Of a DNA stretch of 64,000 nt, positions 18,890 through 28,711 are shown one piece after another (position 1 is the first letter of the stretch; each line of letters begins with the position of its first letter). The notes beneath the pieces are model-generated. The model was not told the origin of the DNA. It saw nothing but the letters and a program-made list of their open reading frames with translations, and searched no databases. The DNA comes from a virus (taxonomy: Duplodnaviria > Caudoviricetes), in the IMG/VR virus record IMGVR_UViG_3300042453_004186, positions 425 to 64,424 of that record; one strand, 5' to 3'. A program made the position numbers and the translations under genes.

Positions 18890-19585
18890 ATGAAAGAAAA
18901 TAGAAGAAAATTTCACAATGACATCGAATGCGTACAAAATGGTCTCGCAAACGGTTCTGCTTTAGATCGTCCATTGACAGATGAAGAAAAGCAACAAATG
19001 ATTGAAGAAGCAACAGAACACTTTGGTAAGTTCTTAACAGCATTAAAGTGTGATTGGCAAAACGATCCTAACTCTGCCGACACACCTCGTCGTGTAGCTA
19101 AAGCATATGTTAATGATTTATGGGCTGGTCGTTACAATGGATTTACTGATATTACTTCATTCCCATCAGATGGTTATGATGGAGTAATTATCGAACGTAA
19201 TATTCAATTAACTTCAATGTGTTCACATCATCACCAAACAATTAGAGGTGTAGTACATATTGGTTACATTGCAGGTGCAGAAGGTAGAGTAATCGGTTTA
19301 TCTAAATTAAATCGTATTGTAGAACACTTTGGTCGTAGAGGAGCTATTCAAGAACAATTAACAGCAGCTATTCATCAAGCAGTAAATAAAGTTTGTGAAG
19401 GTAATTTAGGTGTTATTGTAACTGTAGTTGCTACACACAATTGTGTAAGTTGTCGTGGCATTAAACATCAAGGTGCTGCAATGGTCACTACCAAAGCATC
19501 AGGTGTGTTTATGGAAAACGATAACTTAGCACGTAAAGAATTTTTTGATTCACTTAAAATAAATAATGGTCATGTCTCAATCTAA
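18890..19585 (+). CDS. folE: GTP cyclohydrolase I
   Basis: DTPRRVAK, SMCSHH, GLSKLNR, QEQLT, HNCVSCRG. Confidence 0.95.
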   Translation: MKENRRKFHNDIECVQNGLANGSALDRPLTDEEKQQMIEEATEHFGKFLTALKCDWQNDPNSADTPRRVAKAYVNDLWAGRYNGFTDITSFPSDGYDGVIIERNIQLTSMCSHHHQTIRGVVHIGYIAGAEGRVIGLSKLNRIVEHFGRRGAIQEQLTAAIHQAVNKVCEGNLGVIVTVVATHNCVSCRGIKHQGAAMVTTKASGVFMENDNLARKEFFDSLKINNGHVSI

Positions 19586-20198
19586 ATTAGAAAAAAAACA
19601 AGCAGAACTTATTGAGTTATTAACAACACAAGTTGCTGATTTATCTATGATGTCCAAAATTGAATTTGGAGATGATGTAGTTAAAAAATGGAACGAATTA
19701 TCAAATGAAATTAATAACATAAAAGAAAATTATGTTCCATTTGTTAGTGAAGTAGAGGAATTTAATGCTACAATGGGTAAACCAAATAATTATGAACCTA
19801 CTATCCCATCTAAAGATGAATGGATGTTTGTTTATAATTTCATTCTAGAAGAACTAGAAGAATATAAAGACGCTTGTGAAGAAGGAAATATTGTGGAAGT
19901 GTTAGATGCACTTTGTGATATTACTTATGTTTCATTAGGAAACGGAGCTATGCTTCACGGATTGAAAGATAAAATATTACCTGCTTATGCTGAAGTGCAA
20001 GCTTCAAATATGAGTAAAGCTTGTAAAACAGAAGAGGAAGCTAACTTTACAGTTCGTGTCCGAGAACAAGAACAAGGTGAAAAATGTCACTATGAAAAAC
20101 AAGGTGATTACTATATAGTGTATCGTTCTCGAGACCGTAAAGTAATGAAATCTATCAATTACTTTAGACCAAATCTTAAACAGTTTTTAGATAAATAA
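19572..20198 (+). CDS. MazG-like all-alpha nucleotide pyrophosphohydrolase
   Basis: EELEEY...EVLDALCDITYV..G, EVQASNMSK, KVMKS. Confidence 0.8.
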   Translation: MSQSKLEKKQAELIELLTTQVADLSMMSKIEFGDDVVKKWNELSNEINNIKENYVPFVSEVEEFNATMGKPNNYEPTIPSKDEWMFVYNFILEELEEYKDACEEGNIVEVLDALCDITYVSLGNGAMLHGLKDKILPAYAEVQASNMSKACKTEEEANFTVRVREQEQGEKCHYEKQGDYYIVYRSRDRKVMKSINYFRPNLKQFLDK

Positions 20199-20218
20199 AA
20201 ATCATACCTATTAAAACC

Positions 20219-20246
20219 AAAGACCTGGCGCCCCAGGTCTTTTTTT
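20219..20246 (+). terminator. Intrinsic terminator
   Basis: AAAGACCTGG-CGCC-CCAGGTCTTT plus T-run; followed by ATATTTATAA at 20251. Confidence 0.8.
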
Positions 20247-20267
20247 GTGTATATTTATAATAAAACT

Positions 20268-20465
20268 ATGAGTTTAAAAAGTAAAAATGGATTAATTACT
20301 AAAATAAGTCAATTTTCTAGGCCAAACCCTAAAAAATATGATCCATTTCCTATTAATATAAATTCATTCTCATACGGAGGATCACCAAGTTCTCCTACTC
20401 CTACACCTCCACTACCATCTGCTGGTGCTTTTTCAAACGCTTTTTCAAACGCATTTAATACTTAA
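20268..20465 (+). CDS. Small Pro/Ser-rich protein
   Basis: ATG at 20268 after ATATTTATAA; ends AFSNAFSNAFN. Confidence 0.55.
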   Translation: MSLKSKNGLITKISQFSRPNPKKYDPFPININSFSYGGSPSSPTPTPPLPSAGAFSNAFSNAFNT

Positions 20466-20472
20466 CCAAATA

Positions 20473-21093
20473 ATGTCACAACAAAGTAAAACCACACTAC
20501 AATCAGCTATCAATACTCAAATAGCAGATAACACATCCGGAGATATATCAGCAGCTGACATAAGAGATAATCTTATTAATATAACTGATAGCTTATTATT
20601 TAATACTGGTTCCCAAAGTATTACTGGGTCATTAACTATTACTGAAAGAGTTACATTAGTATCAGCTTCTACAAGTTTCACCATAGGTGAAGGAGCAATT
20701 AACTTACAATCTACTTCTAGTACTATTATCCCATCAATAGTATTAGCTTCATCTAATGGAACAAGATATATTAAAATTTGTTACTCTGATGGATATAATG
20801 CATTCGTATCAAATGGAGATACATGGATATACGGTATTAATAGTTTAAATCTTGATTCTAATAATGATGTTAATGTATGGAGTCGTCTTAATGCTACTCA
20901 AGGTATAACAGTAACTGGAAGTGCAATTATAAGTGGTAGTTTAATAGTAACTGGCTCTACTAGTTTACAGGGACTAATGACTCTACAGCCAGCTGATCCT
21001 CTCCCTTCAGTAACAAATGGTTCAATATCTTATTCATCAAGCGGAGATTTTTATTTTGGTAGTGGAAGTGCTTGGAGAAAATTAACATTATAA
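20473..21093 (+). CDS. Fibre-like virion structural protein
   Basis: IADNTSGDISAADIRD N-terminus; ITGSL/ISGSLIVTGS motifs shared with 3007..4767. Confidence 0.6.
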   Translation: MSQQSKTTLQSAINTQIADNTSGDISAADIRDNLINITDSLLFNTGSQSITGSLTITERVTLVSASTSFTIGEGAINLQSTSSTIIPSIVLASSNGTRYIKICYSDGYNAFVSNGDTWIYGINSLNLDSNNDVNVWSRLNATQGITVTGSAIISGSLIVTGSTSLQGLMTLQPADPLPSVTNGSISYSSSGDFYFGSGSAWRKLTL

Positions 21094-21116
21094 TCTTTAA
21101 AGATATATTTTAAATT

Positions 21117-21141
21117 AGGCTTGGGAAACCAAGCCTTTTTT
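21117..21141 (+). terminator. Intrinsic terminator
   Basis: AGGCTTGG-GAAA-CCAAGCCT + T-run. Confidence 0.82.
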
Positions 21142-21151
21142 ATTATATTTA
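21120..21151 (+). promoter_or_regulatory. Promoter overlapping terminator
   Basis: CTTG-N20-TATATTTA, polB ATG 4 nt downstream. Confidence 0.65.
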
Positions 21152-21155
21152 GGTT

Positions 21156-23741
21156 ATGTACCAAGCAATATATTACGATCGCCAAACCTATACTTACTAC
21201 TTACGAGATGATAAACAAGGCTGGATGGATTTCCAACTCCAGCCTACGTTTTGGAAACGTGTTCCTGGATGGCAAGAAGGTGCTAGACCCGTTTTAACTG
21301 GTGGTTGGGCTATTCCTACTAAAAAGTTTAACAAGGATGATAAGGATTTGTTAGAAAAAGATATTGACAAATCATTATATGCTTTACGAGAATTATACTA
21401 CAAAGAAGATGATGTTGTGCCTTCTTGGCATAACATTGTTTATATAGATATTGAGATTGAAATGGGTGGTGCCTTAACACCAAGCTATGTCCAACAAGCA
21501 CCTATGCCTTTAACATCTATTGCTCTTATAGATATAACAACTAAACAAAAAATATGCTTAATTGTTGACCCATCAGGCCAAATCGAGGAAGTTAACCAAG
21601 ATGGTAAACATATTATTCCTTGTAAAAACGAACGCGAACTAATAGGTAAATTTTTATCTAAATATGAAGAATTAGACCCTACAATATTAGTAGGATATAA
21701 CTCAGATTATTTTGATATGCCGTATCTTTACCACCGTTTAATGCAAGTTATAGGTGAAGAGGAAACATCACGTTTATCTCCAATTAGAAAAATAAGTGTT
21801 AGAGAATTTAATGGTGAATCACAAATCACTATTGGTGGTGTTAACTGTTTAGATTATATGTTACTTCATAAAAAATATATTATGAAGGAAGAACCATCAT
21901 ATAAATTAGGTGATATTGGAACCAAGTATGTTGGTTTAGGTAAGATTGAGTATGAAGGTAATTTGAATACGTTATTTAGAGATGATCTAGATAGATTTAT
22001 AGAATATAATCTTCGTGACGTTGAAATTATTGAGGCATTGGAGGATAAACTTAAGTTTATCAACCTAACAATAATGATATCCCATATCTGTAATATACCT
22101 TATGAATCAATCTACTATAATACAGTAATGAATGAGGGTGCTATATTGAAGCATCTTAAACGTGAAGGCATCATATCACCAAACAAACCAACCACCCATA
22201 ACCCAGCACTAAAATCATTTAAAGCAAGTTATGCTGGTGGTTATCTACTAGAACCTATACCTGGTTTGTATTTTGATGTTATCGACTTAGACTTTACTTC
22301 ACTATATCCTTCAATTATTAAATCACTTAATTTAGGTATTGAGACATTAGTTGGTAGAATTAAAGTTGATTATAATGCAACATATGAGCAAAACCATAGT
22401 TTAGAAAAACTTAAAGAACGTAACCCTGAAGAAGTAATAGTAATTGAAAAAGTAAATAAAAAAGATTATACTACATCTCAAACCAAAGTTACTATTAAGC
22501 AACTAATAAGTATTATTGAAGAAAGTAATTTAACAGTAGCAGCATCTGGTGCTATGTTTAGAACAGATGAACAAAGTGTTGTTGCTAAAATTCTAGAAGG
22601 TTGGTTTGATAAACGAGAACATTACCGTGGTTTAAAGAAAAAAGCAGGTAAAGAAGAAGATTGGGCTAACTATAAGTTATATGATTTGTTCCAACACGCA
22701 TTCAAAATCTTACAAAACGCAATGTATGGTACATTTGCTAAAAGTGGATGGAGATATACTGATGGCCAACTAATATGCAGTGCTGCTATTACAAACACAG
22801 GACAAAGATTAACCCAAGAATCAATTGTATTTACCAATAACAAACTAAACACCGAACTAAAATCAGATAAACAATACATCTGTATTAGTGATACTGACTC
22901 AATGTATATTGAACTAGGTGATTTATTAAGACATAGGTACCCAGATGCTACTAAAGAAGAAAAGGACAAGTACATATTAGAAATGGCACTTGAAATCCAA
23001 AACGAAGCAAATGCTAACTTGGATACAATGTGTAAAGAATTATTTAATATTGATGCTTCTAAACATTACTTCCAATTAAAACAAGAAGTAATTGCTACCG
23101 GTATCCTGGTTACTGGTAAGAGAAGATACGCTATGTATGTTACTAATAAGGAAGGTGTTGCTGTTGAAGAATTGGATATGAAGGGGCTTGAATTGATGAA
23201 GTCTAACATGAATAAACGATTCAAAGGATTTGGTGAGCAATTTATTAAAGATATTTTATTTGGTAAACCGAAATCTGAGTTAGATACTTCAATCATTAAT
23301 TTTTACAAGTTAATCAAAACATTAGATCCTAAAGAATTAGGCAAACCTACTGGAGTGAAACAAATCAATTCGTATAAGGTGCCAGCCCGAGCAGGTGAAA
23401 TGTTTAGTTCATTTAAACTAAAAGCACCAGCTAATACTAAAGCAGCAGTACGTTATAATGACTTGCTTAAATTTAAAAGATTAGACAAGCAGTACGAATC
23501 AATTATTGAAGGTGATAAAATCTTTATTATTAATCTAAAAGCTAATCCTTATAAATTAGAAACAATCGGTTTACCCAATGCTAAGGTTCCTGATGAAATA
23601 GAAAAATTTGTTAAGGATTATATTAATGTAGATGAGATTTTTGAATCGTTGCTATTAAACAAATTAAAGGAACTTTATAGTGACCTTAAATGGGAATTTC
23701 CGCCTTTAAATGCTAATGTTACAAAATTCTTTGCCTTCTAA
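21156..23741 (+). CDS. Family B DNA polymerase with 3'-5' exonuclease
   Basis: DIEIE, GYNSDYFD, YNLRDV, DFTSLYPSII, KILQNAMYG, SDTDS, KRRYA. Confidence 0.96.
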   Translation: MYQAIYYDRQTYTYYLRDDKQGWMDFQLQPTFWKRVPGWQEGARPVLTGGWAIPTKKFNKDDKDLLEKDIDKSLYALRELYYKEDDVVPSWHNIVYIDIEIEMGGALTPSYVQQAPMPLTSIALIDITTKQKICLIVDPSGQIEEVNQDGKHIIPCKNERELIGKFLSKYEELDPTILVGYNSDYFDMPYLYHRLMQVIGEEETSRLSPIRKISVREFNGESQITIGGVNCLDYMLLHKKYIMKEEPSYKLGDIGTKYVGLGKIEYEGNLNTLFRDDLDRFIEYNLRDVEIIEALEDKLKFINLTIMISHICNIPYESIYYNTVMNEGAILKHLKREGIISPNKPTTHNPALKSFKASYAGGYLLEPIPGLYFDVIDLDFTSLYPSIIKSLNLGIETLVGRIKVDYNATYEQNHSLEKLKERNPEEVIVIEKVNKKDYTTSQTKVTIKQLISIIEESNLTVAASGAMFRTDEQSVVAKILEGWFDKREHYRGLKKKAGKEEDWANYKLYDLFQHAFKILQNAMYGTFAKSGWRYTDGQLICSAAITNTGQRLTQESIVFTNNKLNTELKSDKQYICISDTDSMYIELGDLLRHRYPDATKEEKDKYILEMALEIQNEANANLDTMCKELFNIDASKHYFQLKQEVIATGILVTGKRRYAMYVTNKEGVAVEELDMKGLELMKSNMNKRFKGFGEQFIKDILFGKPKSELDTSIINFYKLIKTLDPKELGKPTGVKQINSYKVPARAGEMFSSFKLKAPANTKAAVRYNDLLKFKRLDKQYESIIEGDKIFIINLKANPYKLETIGLPNAKVPDEIEKFVKDYINVDEIFESLLLNKLKELYSDLKWEFPPLNANVTKFFAF

Positions 23742-23760
23742 AAAATATTTATTATATTAT
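23730..23760 (+). promoter_or_regulatory. Bacteroidota-type promoter
   Basis: TTTG-N19-TATATTAT, ATG 4 nt downstream. Confidence 0.55.
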
Positions 23761-23764
23761 AGTT

Positions 23765-24490
23765 ATGATATCAAAAATAGAATTACAATCCGTTATTGAA
23801 AAATACCATTTAAATGGTTTAATTGAAAGTGTTAAATGGTCAATTGATGACAAAAAACAATTAACCATTAACTTTACATCCCCCACTCGTGAAATGGTAG
23901 GAACACTTATTCATACTAATTTCCCATTACCAAAATCCGAGATAGGAATTAATGATACAACACAATTAGATAAACTATTATCTATTACTAGTGGAGAATT
24001 ATTACTAGACTACGCTAAAGAGAAAAATACACTCACCAAACTATTAATCTCCGACAACCAGTATAATCTAAATTATACATTGGCAGATTCATTTATTATA
24101 CCTAAATCTGGTACATATAATGGCCCTGAGGAGTATAATATTGAAACTACATTAAATGATGAAGTAGTAACAGCATTGATTAAGGCTAAAAATGCACTAT
24201 CAAATAGTGAAAATGTCGTTGTAAAACCGGGTTTACTTGGTTTAGAATTTACCTTCGGTGGAGATGTTGAACATGCAAATAAAGTTACTTATTCCATCCA
24301 AAATTTAGAAGTTAATACTGAAGATGCATTTACTTTAGTTTATAACTCGTCGTTATTGAAAGAAATACTAGTGGCTAACAAAGGTATGGAGAGTGGTAGA
24401 ATTCATGTTAATTCAAATGGTTTGATGAAACTTACATTTGATCACAAAACATTTACAAGTCTTTACTATATTGTTGCAAAAGAACAATAA
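23765..24490 (+). CDS. Putative sliding clamp (gp45/PCNA-like)
   Basis: 241 aa, follows PolB, C-terminal GLMKLTF...YYIVA; clamp loader nearby. Confidence 0.6.
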   Translation: MISKIELQSVIEKYHLNGLIESVKWSIDDKKQLTINFTSPTREMVGTLIHTNFPLPKSEIGINDTTQLDKLLSITSGELLLDYAKEKNTLTKLLISDNQYNLNYTLADSFIIPKSGTYNGPEEYNIETTLNDEVVTALIKAKNALSNSENVVVKPGLLGLEFTFGGDVEHANKVTYSIQNLEVNTEDAFTLVYNSSLLKEILVANKGMESGRIHVNSNGLMKLTFDHKTFTSLYYIVAKEQ

Positions 24491-24512
24491 AATATATATT
24501 TATATTAAACAA

Positions 24513-24544
24513 TTAGGTCTTTTATTAAAAAGTTTGTATATTTA
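24513..24544 (+). promoter_or_regulatory. Bacteroidota-type promoter (variant)
   Basis: TTAG-N20-TATATTTA; ATATTTATAT at 24496. Confidence 0.5.
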
Positions 24545-24563
24545 CACAATATAAAAACAAGTT

Positions 24564-24881
24564 ATGAGTGAAACACAAATGCCAGCGTCATTAACGCTGA
24601 TCAAGGATCCGGCTCTGGAACCTTATTTTATTGGGAAAGATAGCAACAGCTACACAGTTTATGAAACTGTTTACCCAGGCACAAATGAAAATGGAAGAGG
24701 TCGCAAGACACGTGAGAAAGAAGCAGTTAAAACGCTATCGTTCCACTCTAGTATTGCTTCTGCCCTAAATTCAATCGCTAAATTAAAAGTAGAAAATCGT
24801 CCTGTTTACAATACTATTAAAGAGTATATTAGTGAATGGAATCGAGTAAAAGAAGAAATCAATCAAATAGTTAATTTTTAA
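24564..24881 (+). CDS. Hypothetical protein
   Basis: ORF track, in operon with groES. Confidence 0.7.
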   Translation: MSETQMPASLTLIKDPALEPYFIGKDSNSYTVYETVYPGTNENGRGRKTREKEAVKTLSFHSSIASALNSIAKLKVENRPVYNTIKEYISEWNRVKEEINQIVNF

Positions 24882-24883
24882 AT

Positions 24884-25186
24884 ATGAAACAGTTACAAGC
24901 AACGTTTAACGCGGTTATTGTTAAACCCCGCGAAGAAGAAGAAGGAATGTTTGGTTCCATCATTGTACCCGATATGGGTAAAGAAAAAGCGCTTATTGGT
25001 ACCATCGTATCTGTAGGCCCAGGCCAACACTCATTCTCAGGTGAATTTATCCCTACAGTACTACAAGTAGGAATGGAAGTAATGTTACCAAGTATGGGCC
25101 CAAACAAAATTGAATTGGAAGGACAAGAGTATTGGGTATGCCCTGAAAATCAAGTATTAGCAATCATTCAAACAACAGAACAATAA
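24884..25186 (+). CDS. groES: Co-chaperonin GroES
   Basis: GSIIVPD..KEK...G.IVSVGPG, EN.VLAII. Confidence 0.9.
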   Translation: MKQLQATFNAVIVKPREEEEGMFGSIIVPDMGKEKALIGTIVSVGPGQHSFSGEFIPTVLQVGMEVMLPSMGPNKIELEGQEYWVCPENQVLAIIQTTEQ

Positions 25187-25187
25187 T

Positions 25188-26804
25188 ATGAGTAAAATTA
25201 TCGAATTCGGTCCTGAAGCAAGGAAAAAACTTGTAACTGGTATTGATAAACTAGCAAACGCAGTTACGTCTACATTAGGTCCAAATGGTCGTAATGTGGT
25301 TATAGCAAATCAAGGTGGTTACCCCCAATCAACAAAAGATGGTGTAACTGTAGCCAAAAACATTTCACTTGAAGATCCAATTGAAGAATTGGGTGTACAA
25401 CTTGTAAAACAAGCAGCTATTAAAACAGCTGAAGGAGCAGGTGATGGTACAACTACATCTACATTATTGGCTCAAGAAATGGTTAAAGCTGGATTAACCC
25501 ACTTAAACAATGGAGTAAATGCAGTAACTATCAAACGTGATATTGATGCCGCAGTTAAAGACGTAGTTGCAGAATTACGTAAAGGTATATCACAAGACAT
25601 TAGCTCTGAAGATCAATTAAAACAAGTAGCCACTATCTCAGGCAATAACGACCCAGAAGTAGGAGAGTTGATTGCAACAGCAATGAATAAAGTAGGCCGT
25701 GAAGGAGTAGTTTACATTGAAGAATCTAAATCAGGTGAAACATATCTTGAAACAGTAGAAGGTATGCAGTTTGATCGTGGTTATAAATCACATTACTTTG
25801 TTACAGATAACAACACAATGAGTTGCACACTTGAAAATGCTTATGTATTAATTGCAGATAAGCGTTTTTCATCTGTAAAAGAATTATTACCAATCCTAGA
25901 AAATGTAGGTAGTCAAGGCAAATCATTACTTATTATCGCAGAGGATATTGATGGTGAAGCATTAGCTACACTTATCGTTAATAAAATGCGAGGTACACTT
26001 AAAGTAGCAGCTGTTAAAGCACCTGACTTTGGTGATCGTAGAAAACTTATTTTAGACGATATTGCAATTTTAACAGGAGGTGAGGTATTTAGTACTGACA
26101 AAGGCATGAAATTAGATCGCTTTGATGCGAAATGGTTCGGCCAAGCTAGATTAGTTACAATTACAAAAGATGAAACAACGATCGTTGATGGACGAGGAGA
26201 ATCTGAACGAATACAAGCACGTATTGAAGAACTTCAGCTTCAAATCGAAAAAGCAAAAACCCCATTTGAACAAGAAAAACTCCAAGAAAGACTCGCGAAA
26301 TTTGTCGGAGGAGTAGCAATTGTTCACGTAGGTGGAAATACAGAAACTGAGGTCAAAGAAAAGAAAGACCGCGTAGATGATGCACTTCAAGCAACCAAAG
26401 CTGCAATTGAAGAAGGTATCGTACCCGGTGGTGGATCAGCTTTACTATATGCTCGTGAAGCAATTAAAAATAGTAAAACCGTAGGTGGACAAATTGTTTA
26501 TCAAGCATGTGGTGCACCATTTATGAAAATCCTTACTAATGCTGGTTCTACTGAACAAGAAGCATATTACTTAATCAACAAGTTAGGTGGTAATGATAAT
26601 TGGAAAGGATATAATTTAGTATCTGAAAAATTCGTTAACATGAAAGACGCAGGTATTATTGACCCAACTAAAGTTACTCGTACTGCAATTGAAAACGCAG
26701 CATCAGTAGCAGGAACAATTCTATTAACAGAATGCACTGTCGTAGACAAGCCTGAAGATAAAAAACAGGATGATATGATGGGTGGAATGGGAGACATGTT
26801 CTAA
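25188..26804 (+). CDS. groEL: Chaperonin GroEL
   Basis: TLGPNGRNV, TKDGVTVAK, GDGTTT, KAPDFGDRRK, GIVPGGG, MMGGMG tail. Confidence 0.97.
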   Translation: MSKIIEFGPEARKKLVTGIDKLANAVTSTLGPNGRNVVIANQGGYPQSTKDGVTVAKNISLEDPIEELGVQLVKQAAIKTAEGAGDGTTTSTLLAQEMVKAGLTHLNNGVNAVTIKRDIDAAVKDVVAELRKGISQDISSEDQLKQVATISGNNDPEVGELIATAMNKVGREGVVYIEESKSGETYLETVEGMQFDRGYKSHYFVTDNNTMSCTLENAYVLIADKRFSSVKELLPILENVGSQGKSLLIIAEDIDGEALATLIVNKMRGTLKVAAVKAPDFGDRRKLILDDIAILTGGEVFSTDKGMKLDRFDAKWFGQARLVTITKDETTIVDGRGESERIQARIEELQLQIEKAKTPFEQEKLQERLAKFVGGVAIVHVGGNTETEVKEKKDRVDDALQATKAAIEEGIVPGGGSALLYAREAIKNSKTVGGQIVYQACGAPFMKILTNAGSTEQEAYYLINKLGGNDNWKGYNLVSEKFVNMKDAGIIDPTKVTRTAIENAASVAGTILLTECTVVDKPEDKKQDDMMGGMGDMF

Positions 26805-27076
26805 TGGCTACCGAGGTCAAAGAAGAATTAGTATTGATCGCTGAGCGACACCCACCTGGAGATCAGTGGGTGTTGCTTGTTGATCCTAATCATGTGTATA
26901 AGTCATTAACTGAAGTATTAGAAGGTTATTTTGAAGAAGCTGGAGGACTATCATGTGACTTTAGATTGTCACCTATGAAGGGTAAATTATATGCTATTGA
27001 TAGTGTAGTGGTTGAGAAAGCAGCACCACCCCCACCTCCACCACCTAAGAAATTTAACATGTACGGTGATTATTAA
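26804..27076 (+). CDS. Hypothetical protein with poly-Pro tract
   Basis: TAATG coupling to groEL; P7 run. Confidence 0.7.
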   Translation: MATEVKEELVLIAERHPPGDQWVLLVDPNHVYKSLTEVLEGYFEEAGGLSCDFRLSPMKGKLYAIDSVVVEKAAPPPPPPPKKFNMYGDY

Positions 27077-27083
27077 AATAAAA

Positions 27084-27115
27084 TTTGGCCTTCGGGCCAT
27101 TTTTTATTATCTTTA
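27084..27115 (+). promoter_or_regulatory. Promoter overlapping terminator
   Basis: TTTG-N20-TATCTTTA; 27086-27115 identical to 14231-14260; ATG 4 nt downstream. Confidence 0.72.
27086..27105 (+). terminator. Intrinsic terminator after groESL operon
   Basis: TGGCC-TTCG-GGCCA + T6. Confidence 0.8.
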
Positions 27116-27119
27116 TAGT

Positions 27120-28058
27120 ATGAAAGAAAATAGTTTATTTGTAGAAAAATATAGATCTAAAACATTAGAAGATTATATTGGTAATGAGCAATTAAAATCT
27201 ATTGTTGCTCAATACATTGAAAAAAACGATTTACAAAACTTACTATTGTATGGTACACCTGGTACAGGTAAAACAACATTAGCTAAATTAATTGTAAACA
27301 ACTTTGATTGTGATTTCCTCTACATTAACGCAAGTGATGAGAGAGGTATTGACACTATTAGAGATAAAGTTCAAGGTTTTGCTTCAAGTGCTTCATTTAA
27401 ACCAATTAAGATTATTATCTTAGATGAAGCTGATTTCTTAACTATACAAGCACAAGCATCACTTCGAAACATTATTGAGACATATTCTCGCACTACCAGA
27501 TTTATATTAACATGTAATTATCTTGAGCGTATTATTGATCCACTTCAATCACGTTGTCAAGTATTAAAAATTACACCTCCATCTAAAAAAGAAGTAGCAA
27601 AACACATTGCTGGTATTCTAGATAAAGAAGAAATTAGTTATGAATTAGGGGATTTAGCCCTAATAGTTAACAAACACTACCCAGATGTTAGAAAAATACT
27701 TAACACTTGCCAAGTAAATACTGTTGATGGGGGTGCTAATGACTTATATCTTAAAATAGATAAAACAGTATTAACAGGTAGTTATAAAGACGGATTATTA
27801 AAGGAACTTAAATCACCATCTAAAGATAGTTTTAAAAACATTAGGCAAATACTTGCTGATAGCAATTTGGATGATTTTGAAGATGTTTATAGATTCCTAT
27901 ATGATAGTTTAGATGAGTATGGTAACAATGATTTAGCTAAAGCATTAATTGTTATTGAAATAGAAAATTATATGTACCATGCTAACTTTAGAATCGATAA
28001 AGAAATTAATGTAATGGCTTTATTAGCCTCAATTTTAAAAATAATAAATAATAAATAA
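27120..28058 (+). CDS. Clamp loader AAA+ subunit (RFC/gp44-like)
   Basis: VEKYR, GTPGTGKTT, NASDERGID, LDEAD, SRC; start moved to ATG 27120. Confidence 0.93.
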   Translation: MKENSLFVEKYRSKTLEDYIGNEQLKSIVAQYIEKNDLQNLLLYGTPGTGKTTLAKLIVNNFDCDFLYINASDERGIDTIRDKVQGFASSASFKPIKIIILDEADFLTIQAQASLRNIIETYSRTTRFILTCNYLERIIDPLQSRCQVLKITPPSKKEVAKHIAGILDKEEISYELGDLALIVNKHYPDVRKILNTCQVNTVDGGANDLYLKIDKTVLTGSYKDGLLKELKSPSKDSFKNIRQILADSNLDDFEDVYRFLYDSLDEYGNNDLAKALIVIEIENYMYHANFRIDKEINVMALLASILKIINNK

Positions 28059-28059
28059 A

Positions 28060-28314
28060 ATGAGTAATCAACAACAAAACCTCAACATTAAAGTTGACCC
28101 AAGCCAAACAACACCAATTGTTTCCCCTGAAGGAAAACAAGTGTTTACTGAAGGTGTTTTGCTACGTAAAGTATCTAAATTCTTAGCTGGCACAGCAGAG
28201 GATGCAATTATGCCTGTCCCTTGCTTTTACGACCCTACCTCAGGTAAGATCTTAATCGAAATGTTACCAACTGAATTTAGAGAAGAATACCAAAAGTACA
28301 ATGACTCTCTTTGA
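28060..28314 (+). CDS. Hypothetical protein
   Basis: ORF track, tight packing. Confidence 0.7.
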   Translation: MSNQQQNLNIKVDPSQTTPIVSPEGKQVFTEGVLLRKVSKFLAGTAEDAIMPVPCFYDPTSGKILIEMLPTEFREEYQKYNDSL

Positions 28315-28711
28315 TTGGATTAACCAGATCACTTACGAGAAAAAATCTTGGAATTTATTTACTGAGGAAGAGAAAAAATCATTTGAACCATACATGATTC
28401 ATCGATTCCTCAGTATGAATCCTGAGTACATTGAATTTGTAAATTTAGTACAAACTTTCCCATATTCTGATAAAGAAAAAACGTATAATATATATTTATA
28501 TATGATACCCAAAAAGAAAATGTTCTTAAAATATATTAAATCTACAAAGTCTAAAACCAAAGAAGCATTGCTAAAACATATTGCTTCTTACTACGAGTGT
28601 TCACTTGGTGAAGCGGAAGAATATACTCACATATTAAGAGAATCTGGTATCAAATCTATTCTTTCTAAATTAGGAATTGAAGAAAAGGAACAAAAGAAGT
28701 TATTAAAATGA
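28301..28711 (+). CDS. Clamp loader small subunit (gp62-like)
   Basis: LFDWIN.I...PYMIHRFLS...IPKKK.F.KY, IASYY..S..EA.EY. Confidence 0.7.
   Translation: MTLFDWINQITYEKKSWNLFTEEEKKSFEPYMIHRFLSMNPEYIEFVNLVQTFPYSDKEKTYNIYLYMIPKKKMFLKYIKSTKSKTKEALLKHIASYYECSLGEAEEYTHILRESGIKSILSKLGIEEKEQKKLLK

Noticed and set aside
11523-23741. Introns or inteins in nrdA, nrdB or polB
   Set aside because: Reading frames are continuous and of normal or short length, with no evident insertion.
27012-27119. N-terminal extension of the clamp loader given in the ORF track
   Set aside because: It spans the upstream gene end and the terminator/promoter; homology begins at ATG 27120.
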